A DNA stretch of 64,000 bases from Phoronis australis (taxonomy: Eukaryota; Animalia; Phoronida): contig NMRA01000523.1 in assembly GCA_002633005.1 (NCBI GenBank), forward strand, positions 60,748 to 124,747, read 5' to 3'. The stretch's first letter is position 1; each line of letters begins with the position of its first letter. Shown in pieces: positions 1-12,879 of the stretch. The notes beneath the pieces were generated by a model that was given only the letters and a program-made list of their open reading frames with translations, was not told the DNA's origin and searched no databases. Made by a program: the position numbers and the translations under genes.

Positions 1-256
1 TACGCCTATTTTCGGAGCTAGGTGCATACCCTTATACACTAACCAAAAAACCGTGCCGGAAATTGATGCTCTGTTGCGCCTCATCAGTTTGAAGTCTATC
101 GTGTGGGATTGACAGGCAGCCGCGGGAAAGCGGAGGCAAAACTGAGGGACTGAAAATGAATACCAAAATGTGGGGCGGCAGGCGGCTAACGCTACAGACT
201 ACCTTCATGCTTCATTTATGTCTCGGTAACCCCCACTAAAGAAAACCTTTAGCAAG

Positions 257-544
257 CAGTGGCGGATTTAGGGGGGGGGGCAAGGGGGCCATGGTCCCCC
301 TAAAATTCTACCAGATACCATTTGGGAGTTCGGGTGCGCGCAAGCAGGGGCTCGTCGGGGGTGAATAGGCCCTGAACGAACTGAACAAACCCCGTTTACC
401 GTTTTTTTTTAGTCAACAGGTCCGCAACCCCAAACATGCGAGGCCTCTGCGTCTCCACATTTTAAGCTGGGCGCGCGCATCTGTCGAAATTCTGGTTATT
501 CCCGTGCCCTGGCCCCCCAACTCAAAATCCTGGATCCGCCCCTG
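257..544. mobile_element. non-autonomous DNA transposon (MITE), hAT5-like
   Basis: Terminal inverted repeats CAGTGGCGGAT...ATCCGCCCCTG, flanked on both sides by GCAAG (252-256, 545-549), a 5-bp TSD. Related copies at 9571-9729 and ~12350-12655; partial ends at ~1852 and ~3990. Confidence 0.75.
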
Positions 545-700
545 GCAAGTAACCTCATTCATTCAGTTGATTAGATCCACGCACAGCGTCGATTTCAAGA
601 ACTACATAATTTTCAATTTATTAACATTTACTGGATACAACGCATACAAAAACAATACATGACGTCCGGAAACAAGTAGGCCTAATTACAAGTAAATACA

Positions 701-952
701 GGGGTACGTTTCACGTAAGTCCTCAAACAGAAAATTTGGTCTAACGCTCCCCTTCACAATTGCTGTACAGATTTAGCCACACATAAGAAATAACTTGTAT
801 AATATATCTAAGTAACTAGCAGTTGCGGTTATACTCGAAAAGACCTTTGCAATATGGCTCAAGAGGGATTTAATTTTTCCGAAATAGTTGTGTGGAGCTT
901 AAGATTAGTTTTCTGACTTACCGTCTCATGTCACTTTTGTGAAATTGACCCC
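701..952. mobile_element. Tourist/Harbinger-like MITE (family with at least 6 copies in the window)
   Basis: GGGGTACGTTTCAC...GTGAAATTGACCCC inverted ends. The body (AGAAATTTGGTCTTAC..TTCACAATTGC) recurs at ~32601-32870, 35199-35500, 37435-37724, 46983-47238 and 52347-52645. Confidence 0.65.
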
Positions 953-2606
953 ATGTAAAAAGATAACACACACTAAGAAATTAGCTGTATTAGAAGTTAC
1001 GGCTGATCAGAAGAACTACAACTGCACAACAAAGACAAAACAGAACTAAACTATTATAAACTTGAACACCTATGTGCATCTGCAAATACAGTACAGCTTG
1101 TAAACATCAGGTACAGCAAAAGAAAACGCCCAATATTCCACTGGCTCTCAAGAGTCTACGTCTACAAACAGAAAAATATCTACATTTGTATACATGCAGC
1201 TCTTTTGTAGTTCAAGTTTTGATTTAGGTCAGTTGACGCCGTGAAATCGAAATCCAATTGTGCGTTAGTCAAAACAGGTGAGCATTTACAAGTATCAGTT
1301 AAAATGCGGTGTCTCAAAGCCTAAGAGTCTGGGACAAAAGTATTCAGATTTCAGTGAAAATTTGCAGCACGCACACTTAAAAACTTGCTTTCAAAAACAC
1401 AGTCTTAAAAGATTGCACAGATTGATTTTAGCGCTTTTCGGAAACACTTGAGAAGATCGGCGAACAGTTGGCTAAAATCTGACCACCTTATTTATTGTGA
1501 GTAAAGTCATTGCAATAGGTCAAACTTGAGGTTTATGATTGATTTCACCGAAAGGTGTAATACTCATGTTCGGTTCGTGGCAAGGATACACACTGCCTAG
1601 TAAAATAGTATTACCACTGGTGTAACCAGCGCCGGTGGAATATTACCTATTTTCTCAAGCTATTCTACACCAGGCACAGCCTTTGATAACAAATATGCAA
1701 AACATTGATATTTGGTAAAGATCCGCTTACTTTTGTTTTAATATACGACACTGAGGTAGTTTCCGTCGACGAAGTTCTCGTTCAACACTAGTCGTGTGTC
1801 GTCGGCATGCTGTAATCTACCGGAGGAATTTTTTACGAAATGTTTCGGGTTTCAGTGGCGGATCTACGTTTTCAGCAGGGAGGGGGTTTAGGATTCCCGC
1901 CAAGGTCGAATCACTAGGCGCGTGGCGCCGAGCGGGGGGAGTTCGGGAGGGGGGTTTCCCCTCCCGTGTAAGATATTTTTTTGTTTTTGTAGCCAAATAG
2001 TGAAATTTCCATGCATCCTGGTAAGTTTCTGGCACTTAACATGTCTCTGGAGTCTTTCTTAAGATAATTAAAAACCCTTCTCGATTTCGTCACATGAACT
2101 TGGCACATAAGTTTCGTGAAACCATATTGTGCACATCTGGGTATGAGTCACGCCACCAGCAAAACTACGGTTGGAACATCTGCTTACACACACCTTTTTT
2201 AGCATACGAAAAGTCGTATACGAAAAAGGGTGGTGTGTATACAGGGGTTAAGACCATTTCCAAATATTCAAGAGCATAATTAAGGAGCACCGACATGGCG
2301 TAAAAACTTGAATATCAGATGACCGCATAACAGCAGCCTCAAGTTGTTTAAGAACGAAGACCTGTACTGTTAGTCCGGAAATAAACATGTGTTCTGTCTC
2401 GTTTCGAGAAAAACTGGCGAACGATGGTGCTCTCAACTCATAGTCTATTATCAAAAGCGACAATAAATAATTAGGTATCACTTTATTAAGTTGAATCACG
2501 TTGGCAACAATTGAAAAACGTCAGAACTTTATCAGGAAACAAATCATCTGAAAACACTTTCACGAAACCAAAACATCCTGTGCACAGTGGTGAAAAGATA
2601 CACTGG

Positions 2607-2873
2607 ACTAGTTTGCAGAGGGACCAGATGTACACTGAGAGTACACAAAAAGCTGACCTGGTCCGTCACGAGACCAAGAGCACACCTCCTGTGCTTATTA
2701 TCCCTACACAAATAGTCGATCTGTCGCGGGATCAAACATTACTGGCTGAGATAAATAGCTTAACAAAGCACACTTAGGTAAAAAAATCACAAGACTAGTT
2801 CGCCGAGGGACCAGAAGTACACTGAAACTCAACATCTACACAAATCAAGCTGGCCTGGTCCGTCGCGAGACCT
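2607..2873. repeat. two copies of a short hairpin element
   Basis: GACTAGTT..GAGGGACCAGA.GTACACTGA...AAGCTG.CCTGGTCCGTC.CGAGACC occurs at ~2607-2677 and ~2793-2873, with an internal GGACCAG/CTGGTCC inversion. Confidence 0.55.
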
Positions 2874-2899
2874 AAAGTGTACTATGCAAAAAATTTTGA

Positions 2900-3300
2900 A
2901 ATGAAAACTTCTCTCTAAAATTTTAATCCCCAGTTGTTACTCATACGTTAGTCCTATCCTTCTGTTGTCTAGACTGCCGAGGAATTTGTATATGGGATCC
3001 AATGATTTGCTCGTCCAACTTGGAACCATTCTACCCAGATATCTTCGATGTTTTTTCCCAACGCTTGCACTTCGTCAACTGCTGTGTCAATGAGCTGGTA
3101 AGCCTCTACAATGTCAGCATCTCGTTTCGCAGCTCAGTTGACACTAAGACCCTTGAGGTTGCCAAGTCCATTCGAAAGACTTACATGCGCAACTAAATTT
3201 GATCCGTTCATCATGGACTACTTCAAACCTTAACGAAGCATCCCAGGACCTATTTGCATCTCTTGCAATTTTCGAAATAAACGTCCCAATGTCTGAACTC
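2900..3300 (-). pseudogene. hAT transposase fragment (P52rIPK/THAP12/ZMYM1-like)
   Basis: Minus-strand reading LSNGLGNLKGLSVN*AAKRDADIVEAYQLIDTAVDEVQALGKNIEDIWVEWFQ, then after a frameshift IQIPRQSRQQKDRTNV. This resembles the KGLS.KLQ...DI..AY and PR...RQ..R.N motifs of hAT transposases. Contains stops and frameshifts. Confidence 0.6.
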
Positions 3301-3368
3301 TTGAAACCCGAAGTACTAATATCAAATAAATGCCCATGGGCATGAGCGTTTCATCGGGTGAGCCTTTC

Positions 3369-3511
3369 NNNNNNNNNNNNNNNNNNNNNNNNNNNNNNNN
3401 NNNNNNNNNNNNNNNNNNNNNNNNNNNNNNNNNNNNNNNNNNNNNNNNNNNNNNNNNNNNNNNNNNNNNNNNNNNNNNNNNNNNNNNNNNNNNNNNNNNN
3501 NNNNNNNNNNN
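3369..3511. other. assembly gap
   Basis: Run of N. Confidence 1.
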
Positions 3512-4614
3512 TGGAGTGTAATAGAATGACACGGCATGACAGATGAGGTAAAAACGTTGCACGTCAATTCGCCTGAATATCAGGGTTGCGGCACCGCAGT
3601 ATTTCCCCTAATCAAATCAAAACATATCTTAGAGTAAAGAAGCTAGTTACCTAAAGAAATCAGCTATAGAACTGCTCTTTCAGCGGTGAATCCATCTAAA
3701 ATGCTTGGCTACATGTACTTCAGAAGTGCCGACAGAAGCGCGCGCACAATAAATCCCCGCGCGTTTTGCCGATGAGCCACAAAGACTCAGCAATTCACAA
3801 TGTAAAAAACTATATTTCCAGAGTGAACCCCCCCCCTCAATTTTTTCCAAGTTGGTTTACTTGGGGTTTACACACGCTGGCGGTGCCGTTTTTGTTTTGC
3901 TGGAGACGCTTTTGTTTGTTTTTTTAATTTTTGGGTCCTGGCCCGAGGGAGGGGTTTAAACCCCCTGAACCCCCCCCGTAGATCCGCCACTGCGGTTTTG
4001 CTCGATTTTGGAAACTGAAACAAATTCACGCTACAAGTTAAACGATGAGAATGTTTGGTGTTTGAGATGTCCGTGACATCTTTTAACCAGTTCACCTCTG
4101 AATCCACCGACGCTCGAATTTGTCTTACACAGAAAAATATCCACCCGACTGATCTGTGACGCTAATTCGACTGACACCTGGCGACGTATGAATTAGTTCA
4201 CAAGCTGAAACATGAATTTTCAAACTGGAATAAAATGACCCAGCCGCGGCAAATCTTCCCGTAGAGGCAATCCATGAAGTTCATTCAGTCCGCCATGTTT
4301 TTATCATATGTAAATGGGAACAAAAACTCTCCGTATTGCAAAAAAAAAACAATACACAAGATTACAACTAAAGCATGAATCAAAGCAAAAGATTTCAACG
4401 ATGGCACTGCAAGGGACTTTAATAAGATGAACATCGTAAATGCTGAGGATAGACTCGAGCGATAACGAACTGCCAATTTCTCCCATCCTCACAAATCACT
4501 CCCAGTATGAGATTTGACACAACGACTAGCATAAATCAAAAACCAGCATTTTTGCAAGATGTGGGTTTACGTTACAATCTTCAAGTGAAATATATCTAAA
4601 TGGGTGTCCTGAAT

Positions 4615-7194
4615 TTACTTTGCTACAGACAGCTCAGTGGTTTCCGTATGATTGGTTTCTTTAGTCCACTTTGCCCATGCGCACAATGTTCTTATAATTT
4701 GTTTCCGGCAAGTAAATGCAGCAAAAAGAAATACTCCTTGCAAAGAGTTAAGTACGATGTGTATGTATACAACTGCATTATGTAGTGTTATACCTGATAA
4801 TATGTCGAAAACCCACGTAAATCCCATCAAAACGAAAAATTTGACGTATAAAAGGAAATTCGTCTCTTTTGCGCGTTGTTTGCCCAATTTAGCGCTGTCT
4901 TTCAAAGACCTATGCAGAGAGACTGACGTGAACGCAAACAGTGTGATATTAACAACAATCAAAAATCCCATGGGAGCAATGAAAAACATCAAAAGTGAGT
5001 ATGGCTGGCTTATGAAACAAAAATTCGAAAATTTTGGCTTTAAAGGTGTGTCGTACACGAACGCGTCAAGAATGACAGCTGCGACAGAAACAATCATAGG
5101 TGTCAGCCACGCATACAGGGAGTATCTTACAAACCGCCCCGTATTTCGTGAAATAGCGAACGTGCTTGAATCATTTCGGAAAATTCTCCAGGTGTCGTAA
5201 GCTATGACATTCGTCCAGAAAAACGAAGCAAGAAACGCCCAGACATTCAACGCGCCAACAATAATACACGGTATTCGAAAGGTGAGCACGAGAGATCTTA
5301 GCAGGAAAAGAGAATGGGCTAAGAGTAGAGATATCGTAAGCGACAACTGTAGCTTCCCTGGGAAGTTTTGAAACACCTTCACAATCGGTTGAAGCGCCAT
5401 CCTCGCCAGTGAACATATGATTGACAGAAGCAAACAGCAGACTGTGACAATACCTTCAACGTGTCCACCCATCAAGGGCGTGGCATCTGAATGTCTCCGA
5501 CAGAAGTATATCGTATCGTTAAAAATCAAATATTCTTCTCTGAACAACACAACGTCTTCGTTAGAAAGGCTCACTGTATTGTTTGCAAGATTTTTGAATG
5601 GTCCTCGGTAATTCACGATTTTGCAATTCGTCTGTGTCCTTCGTAAAAAGGATAGACAACTTGATTTGATCACGTCTGAGTTTGCAATTGTGATTGCAAC
5701 TTGGGTGATGTTTTTATTGACTGCTGATATAGATTGGAATATTTTCGACTCTAGAGTTCCGGCCTCTTTCATGAAATTGTTAATTTCTTGACAATTGGGA
5801 AACCTTTTCCAACTTACATTGCATTTGAACGTGGCTGACTCGGGCGTTGTACTGACTAAAACTGGTAATTCTTCAATGGTGTTGTTGTCAAATAGAACTT
5901 GAAATGTGTCAACATACATGACTAACTCCTTTTCTGTTATTGGGGAACTTTGACGTAACACAACGTATAATTGCAGATGGACCCTATTAAAGCTGCTCTG
6001 ATCAACACATTCAAAATTGGATATCGACATGCTGCAATTTGTTATGGTTTTGATTTTTCTATTCTCATAGTGTTGATCAAATCCAATATCCACTTCTCCA
6101 TCCGGCCTAAACATAGTCAGCAGCTTAAAGGATAGCTTCGAAAGGATATCAATTGACCCTTCTGTGCCACTACTACCAAACTCTCGTGTTAGCTTTAGTT
6201 TTCCATTGTATCCATTACACACTGCACACCATTGATTTTTGAAAAATTTCTTTGTACTCGCTGTTTGCACAAAGCACTGTGTAGACAAACAAAGGTTTTC
6301 GATAATTCTGTCTGCACATTTGCTAGAGCAACTTCTTTGGATTTCTGGTAGGCACGCCCTCTCGATTCCGACTCTTGGCTTGTATCGTATTTTGCAATTT
6401 CTCTGCATGTAGGCATACACAGCTTCAGCTGTGGGTATAAAGTCGAGTGAAGCATTCTCATTGCAGAAAAATTCGACATTCCATGGAACAATCATATTCA
6501 CCCGATTGCACATGGCACAGTGATAGTTTTTATAGTGAACTTTTGTGATGTTGTCAGTAATAAACACATTGTCTAATAGCTTGCCTGTACCTTGATAACA
6601 GCGGCTTCGCACAGCATCTAATGGCCACGATTTAGAGCATCCAGACACGAGGAGAACCCTTGCCTGAGGATGACACGTTGTATTCACAGCGGATTGTAGA
6701 CGTTCTTCAACAGTGGATTGCCGAGCTACGAAGGGGCATCTAAACTGAAAGTCGTTACAGCAGTCTTGGTAATAGACACACTTCCTGTCGCACGAACAGA
6801 GCTCAGTCGGATACAATTTACCTTTTTTAATACCAAACGCCTTTTTCTTGCCACACCAGTTCTTACAGGAGCCTTTAGTGTTATTAAGACACTCCAGAGT
6901 GATGCTCGTCAACTGTGACTGGACGCTTTCATTTACAGAGCACGATGGTGGGTTAAGAGGTTCACCAGGCCAGGAGGGACGTAGTAGGTCATCAGCCATG
7001 ACGGAATCGGCATTTTGTCCTCTCGTCTTTGTGGGTTGTGGAGGGAGTGCTCCATTTTCGTAACTCGAGTTAAGACTCATGTCTGCTGCAGAAGGCAACG
7101 ATTCTCCCATGGGTTTAAGCGGATAGATTGCAACCAGTAAAACTGTCACGTGAAGGATGAAATGCAACTTACGGTTACCAAATAGCTGAAACAT
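4615..7194 (-). CDS. intronless family-B (7tm_2; adhesion/Methuselah-like) GPCR with somatomedin-B domain
   Basis: 859-aa ORF. Hydrophobic N-terminal signal-like segment; SMB signature SCKNWCG...CSCDRKCVYYQDCCNDFQFRC; two Cys-rich repeats (HYKNYHCAMCN, FFKNQWCAVCN); seven hydrophobic helices with family-B motifs (NFPGKL, LASFFW, RYSLYAWLTP, KFFVLMGFTW, NSLQGVFLF). Confidence 0.93.
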   Translation of the reverse strand: MFQLFGNRKLHFILHVTVLLVAIYPLKPMGESLPSAADMSLNSSYENGALPPQPTKTRGQNADSVMADDLLRPSWPGEPLNPPSCSVNESVQSQLTSITLECLNNTKGSCKNWCGKKKAFGIKKGKLYPTELCSCDRKCVYYQDCCNDFQFRCPFVARQSTVEERLQSAVNTTCHPQARVLLVSGCSKSWPLDAVRSRCYQGTGKLLDNVFITDNITKVHYKNYHCAMCNRVNMIVPWNVEFFCNENASLDFIPTAEAVYAYMQRNCKIRYKPRVGIERACLPEIQRSCSSKCADRIIENLCLSTQCFVQTASTKKFFKNQWCAVCNGYNGKLKLTREFGSSGTEGSIDILSKLSFKLLTMFRPDGEVDIGFDQHYENRKIKTITNCSMSISNFECVDQSSFNRVHLQLYVVLRQSSPITEKELVMYVDTFQVLFDNNTIEELPVLVSTTPESATFKCNVSWKRFPNCQEINNFMKEAGTLESKIFQSISAVNKNITQVAITIANSDVIKSSCLSFLRRTQTNCKIVNYRGPFKNLANNTVSLSNEDVVLFREEYLIFNDTIYFCRRHSDATPLMGGHVEGIVTVCCLLLSIICSLARMALQPIVKVFQNFPGKLQLSLTISLLLAHSLFLLRSLVLTFRIPCIIVGALNVWAFLASFFWTNVIAYDTWRIFRNDSSTFAISRNTGRFVRYSLYAWLTPMIVSVAAVILDAFVYDTPLKPKFSNFCFISQPYSLLMFFIAPMGFLIVVNITLFAFTSVSLHRSLKDSAKLGKQRAKETNFLLYVKFFVLMGFTWVFDILSGITLHNAVVYIHIVLNSLQGVFLFAAFTCRKQIIRTLCAWAKWTKETNHTETTELSVAK

Positions 7195-9370
7195 TTTTGT
7201 TCCACCTCAAGGTTAACTATACATGTAAGCGACTAAATTTTATATCAACAGCTCCATAATGTAATTAGTTCGCGAAAATTATGCTGACAAACAAGCGTTA
7301 CATTAACAAAGGAGTGATAGCCTTTGTCAACACTTCAACTTTGGGTTATATTTGCAAGGCTGAAGTCGGCATTTATATTTTTAGTCCAATACATTAAATG
7401 CCATTAGCGATCAATTCTCTCTTATCAAAATTCGTTTCCGTTCTGAAATGCGTCCGGGAAGTGGCATGCTTGAAACTTGGAAAATAAATGCCAACCACAC
7501 GAGATCAATGTCACGTTCGCCTTATATACACACAGCAGGACCAGGGATACTTTTAGGGGTGCTACCCGCGTCATTGGCGCATGATTTTTTATGTACTTGC
7601 TTAACTCTGGCCAACTGGTACATCAACATTTTGCTGGTGATTCCGCCACTTTGTCTTGCCACTGGTAAATAATGTGCATTTTATTCAGATTCTATCTTTT
7701 TATCGGCAATTTCTTGTCAAACAAGAAACTCGGTATCTGTACTACACTAGGCCCCAATGAATCCACAAACTGCTGCTGATAGAGGGCGTTCAGACGAATT
7801 TAGACTCAGTTCCATCCCCAGTCTCCATTGTCGCACCCACGTCCACGTTACGACTAGAGCTACAAATTATTGGAGACCACGTGCCTTGCATATTGCCATG
7901 CAGGTCCCACTGTGCATTTCATGTTTGATTAAAACTGAAATGCACTTACACACATCGTTAGTGGCAAAAACGTACTGGAATAGCTGACATGCCCAAACCT
8001 GAAATTTGCTGCTTAAAACGAATCCGAGAAGGGCGGAAGAAATTATTGTGTCCTAGGCCCGGAAAAATTACCCATAGAGTTGCGTCTCCGGAAGTCAATT
8101 GACTAGTGAGCATGTTTCCCTAAAATGATCCCTGATGAAGTTATCACTATTTCTTATGCCCAATAGGTTTTAATGGTCAAATTGATGGCAACTGAAGGTT
8201 GGAGAGAATGGCAACAGGTCGGCAGGATGGGTGGACAGAGAGTATTTTGTTTCCGATAGACTCATTTTCTTTCACCCCTATGTGTTAACGTTATCAGCAA
8301 AAACGTGTAAATGTAATCCTGCTGGTGTGGATGTACTCTAGTCTTTTTAGATGCTTGTAAAAAAAAAAACAGTGCAGGTGGTCTGATGTCATTTGCGGTG
8401 GATCAGACGTGCGCAGGCCTCATGGTTGGGCCCATTGCACAAAACACCTGAGCAAAGGCACGAGACCCCAATTATGGCTCCTCGTGAAAAAAGTTTTCAA
8501 GTCTGCCAGTCTCCTTTAGGAAAACGGACAGACGTTAGATGCTTGTATAATTAGCAAAGTTCACTCATGGTCGATCATGCAATGAAAAGATGGCACTGAA
8601 TGTGAAGGAAGAGCTTACAAATGGGAAAGTCGACGGACAGAGGATGGGAAAGATGAACGAGTGGTGAGAACGGGCATTCAAACGGAATGGACAGACAAAA
8701 ACGGATAGGTTAGAAAAAAATTGTTGACCGAGACGGACGGACGATCTTTTGTAAACGACGGTCGCTGATAGTTTCCTCGTCATTATGATAATTGCGTTCT
8801 CCAGCCAGGTCAGTGATACCGGGCTTTTGCTATTCTCGTGAGTATCAAGCGTCAAGATTGCGTACACTTTATTCTAACAGATACATTTACAAATGTTTGA
8901 ATAGTCGGAGACGTATTACAGCCCATGCAAAACCTACAAATTTCTGTATTTCTGATTTTTACCCTTCAATCATACGAGTGTAAACGAGTTTCATCCTGCG
9001 TGAAAATGTTTTCCTTACAGCTGGAAAACGCTCCCACTGAGTTAAAATAGTTCCACCGAGGTAATTTCCTCCAGGGTGAAAATTATCAGCCTCTCTGAAC
9101 ATTATTTTTGTACAACGTTTAAATAATTTCAAAACGTTGGTGCAACTGTTTTCCGTCTTAGAAGACGACAACCACGCTGGAAATGACAACAACTACTTGC
9201 ACTCTTGCAGGTAGAAATGTTTTACACGGACTGGGGTATTTATCACTTGCGCGTTGAAACTGTCAAAAATCGGAAATTCTGTAATCTCTACTTGTTATTA
9301 AAATGTTCACCATTGATGAACCACCGTTAACATTCGGTCTGTCCCACGGACAGTTCTTTAAGATCTTCTA

Positions 9371-9936
9371 TGACCGGTTCCATGCAACAGTACTAAGTAG
9401 GGACTCAACTAAGTTCCTTAAATCGTTTGCGTATTTGTTTCGTTCTTTACTCATTTTATTATGAGCCCCTCTTTGACTAAATGATATTTTCTATTAATAT
9501 AACTAAAACTGGGCCCTTAATTGAGTTATACTGACAAAGGACTTAGTCCTTAAATTAGGGACATTGCATTCAAGGGCGGGATTTAGAGGGGGACAAGGGG
9601 GCCCATGGCCCCTCTAAAATTATCCCAGATTCCATTTGGCAGTTCGTGGGTGCGAATGTCTGACGGGTAAAATCCAAGCTAATACTCTGCCATGGCCCCT
9701 CCTAACTCAAAATCCTGGATCCGCCCTTGGCATTACAGGATCCCTATTAATACCAAATATTGGGAATTCAACGTATAGTTTACTCTCGATTTGTATCAAA
9801 GCCAAAAATCGACTTAGTAATGATACTCAAACAACATAAGAAAAGACAATCGGTGTTTTAATAAGTCCACAAATTCGCAGTTGTTTAGGGAACTTAGTTG
9901 AGTCTCTATTCTGGGACTGTTTCGTGTAACCGGGCA
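9371..9936. mobile_element. TIR MITE carrying a nested hAT5-like MITE
   Basis: Left end TGACCGGTTCCATGCAACAGT..GGGACTCAACTAAGTTCCTTAAA is inverted relative to right end TTTAGGGAACTTAGTTGAGTCTC..ACTGTTTCGTGTAACCGGGCA. Confidence 0.65.
9571..9729. mobile_element. hAT5-like MITE, internally deleted copy
   Basis: CAAGGGCGGGAT...ATCCGCCCTTG with 5-bp TSD GCATT (9566-9570, 9730-9734); same family as 257-544. Confidence 0.75.
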
Positions 9937-10490
9937 CAGATACTCCAAGTTAATCTCAGCACAGATGCTGCCAAGCTGAACAACTTATCATGATTGCATA
10001 CCTACACGAATTGACGCTCAAAATAGGCTCGTTTCGGATATTAGCAGATTTCATCGGATTTCCGACGTGAAACCAAGAGGCACAATCTGTGACAGATGGA
10101 CAAAGTGCTCGCGCTATTTTGATGGAATTAAGATGTTTACGTCGCTCAACACACAGTGGTTGTGTACCAGTTTCGTGGCGTTGGCTTCTCAGTGTGAGTT
10201 CGAACTGGCGTCATAGTTTTCGCTGTTGTGTACGATTGCCCACATATCATGTAAAAGGTCTGTGTATAACCAGGATGAAGAGAAAATTAAAGCAACAAAA
10301 ATCGTGCAAAGAAATTTGTGCACACATTCGATGACACAGGACACACAACGAGGACTATAGGAGATATCACTGTCCGTTAACATACTAGACATAGACTACA
10401 TTTACGTCCATATACACGCGGATCACGTGACCACGCGAGCTTTTCTTGGTGGTGTTATGCTTCTTCGGAACGCAACCTGGGTTTTAATAT

Positions 10491-10637
10491 TCATGGGCGG
10501 CGCACCATAGGGGACTGGGGGACTATTGCCCCCCACTTTTTTCAGTGTTATGCCGCACGTGGTCTATAGGCGGTGCACCACAAGGGGGCTGAGGGGGCTT
10601 TAGCCCCCCACTTTTTTCAGTGCTACGCCGCCCATGA
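10491..10637. mobile_element. 147-bp MITE with internal dimer
   Basis: TIRs TCATGGGCGGCG...CGCCGCCCATGA, TAT on both flanks, and two internal copies of GGGG.CTG.GGGG...CCCCCACTTTTTTCAGTG. Confidence 0.7.
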
Positions 10638-12349
10638 TATTTCAGTCTACGAGGTATTGATGAACTAATCCTCTGGAACCACGTATGACACCATGTACAT
10701 AAATAAAGAAGCGCCCCGGATAGCCTGACTCGCGAAGGGATTTTTCCACCTTCGCGACGTTTTTCCACATCAAGCAAGAACTCAAATGAAATTTCGATGT
10801 CTAAATACGAGTACAAGCCAGCTGCAGTTGAAAGCGGCACATCCCGGACTTCCAAAGCTTACCACGGACTGCTATTATTGGTCAAGTGACATCTTTGGTC
10901 CATTGCCACTGGTCGTGACGTCAGAGTCAAGACCGTGTGTTCATAAGAGGCAAATCAAATAAAGTTCAGTGGTGTGGCAAAAGAGGAACTTGCTTAAATA
11001 AAATATATAAACATAAAAAATAAAGTGAAGTTTATATCTCCCGAGAACGAGTATAATAAATGTGTCCTGAACTGAAAACTCATTTTATACTGTTAAGTGT
11101 CGCTTTAAATCAAAAGAAATTTGGTTGAAGAAAGTTAAGAGAAACAATCAGTAAACAAATAAACCATAATTGGAACGGCATTTGCAATGTCCACGTATCA
11201 TTAATTTGGCGAAAAAATTCGTCAACATGTATGATTGTAAAAAGTAATTTTCCAAGTTTACATGTACAGCTCAAACGTGCGATTTAAAAACGTATTTTGC
11301 AAAATTACATCACATTTTTAGAATTATGAATGTTACACGAAGAATGTAGAAGGTGTTATCTGAATAATTTCATTCAACTCTGAATCATGGTCATATTTAG
11401 GCCCTTAGCCGCGGAAAAGATCCAGTTCTTGCCCATCTGCAAGGGTAAGGATGGACATGTACATGTAGTTGAACAACGTCACAAATGCATGTAGATGTAT
11501 GCGTTTCCATTTTTAGTCGCATTTTCTTGCAGCAGACCCAAAGGTGGGCATAGGTGTCTTTCCTGAAACGAGTAGGCCCATCAGTAAATCTTTGATCAAT
11601 GAAAAAAGTCATCTCATGTTGAAACCAATGTCACTGGTGCACAAGTACCTAGCTGACTACATACGAGCAACGGACTCGACTGAAGAGGTCCAACGCCAGA
11701 AGTCCGCAGAAAGGTATTGGAGCTGTCCTAAGACCGACAAGGTGAACGTGCAATTCACTAACAAATCGTTTGTTTGATTATGTTAGTACAAGCTGGTTTT
11801 TACAGTTTAAATACATGTCTTCACAAAAAACCTGCAGGTGTTTCAAAAGAAATAAATCAGATATGTACTCAGTTTACACCCTCGTACTCGTATTAGTTTT
11901 TATCATTTTAGTCTGTTGGGTGGCCTAAAAATGAAAATCGAGACCACGAACTCAAGCTCCACCTTATTCTTAAAATTGTTTATGGCAACGCTCCAAATTA
12001 TCTCTTTGGTCACATTTCAGTGTTTAATCACGCCATACTCATTTACTAGAAGGAACAATAGTGGTTTATTCAGACAAGAGTCAAAACACACGGATCTAAA
12101 AAACTTTTTTTAAATTCAACCATAATTCTGTGGAATTCACTTCCTTGCGAGAGACATTAAAGATTTAAAACGTGGATATTTTTGAAATGACGAATCAAAC
12201 AATATTTATTTAACCTTATTAAGACTAATGATAACTCCCATTTTATACATTAATTTACTAATTTATTTATCTATTTATGTGTCATCTATCATGTCACTTC
12301 AAGCTAGAGTGTTTTTCAGCTCATTTTCACCTATAGCTAGTTTCTTTCC

Positions 12350-12655
12350 AGTGTTTAGAGGGGGGCCAAGGGGGCCATGCCCCCCTAAAATTCTTTCAGA
12401 TACCATTTGGCAGTTCGGGGTGCGAATTGCTGTTGAATTGCTGCCTAGCATATGCGCGCACCCAGGGGGGCTCGGGGGGCGAATGCACAATGCAAACCTT
12501 GTTTACCTTTTTTAGTAATAAGGTCCACAAACCAAAAAAAATCGAGAGCCCTGCATCCCTACATTTTAGGCTGGGCTCGCGCATGTGGCGAAATATTGGT
12601 TATTCCTGTGCCCTGGTCCCCCTCCCCCTAACTCAAAGTCCTGGATCCGCCCCTG
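12350..12655. mobile_element. hAT5-like MITE, left TIR decayed
   Basis: Colinear with 257-544 (CCCCTAAAATTC..AGATACCATTTGG...CTCAAA.TCCTGGATCCGCCCCTG). Confidence 0.7.
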
Positions 12656-12879
12656 CATGCTTTCACTCTCAATCCTCCTGTATTGTTATTCATAATTTAT
12701 TATTCATTCCTAATATTTATTTTTCTTCAATTTTTCAATTTTTCAATTCGCGTATGGACCACCACGGAAATATTGGTGTTATCCAGATAGTGCACATGTA
12801 CATAATTTCGTATCTCATTATTGTACCTTTTACTTATATTTTATTTATTATTGTAATTATGTATATTATCAAATAAACT

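Noticed and set aside
4652-7063. Plus-strand ORFs (182, 64, 66, 71 aa) overlapping the GPCR
   Set aside because: Antisense shadows of a real CDS, with no recognisable motifs.
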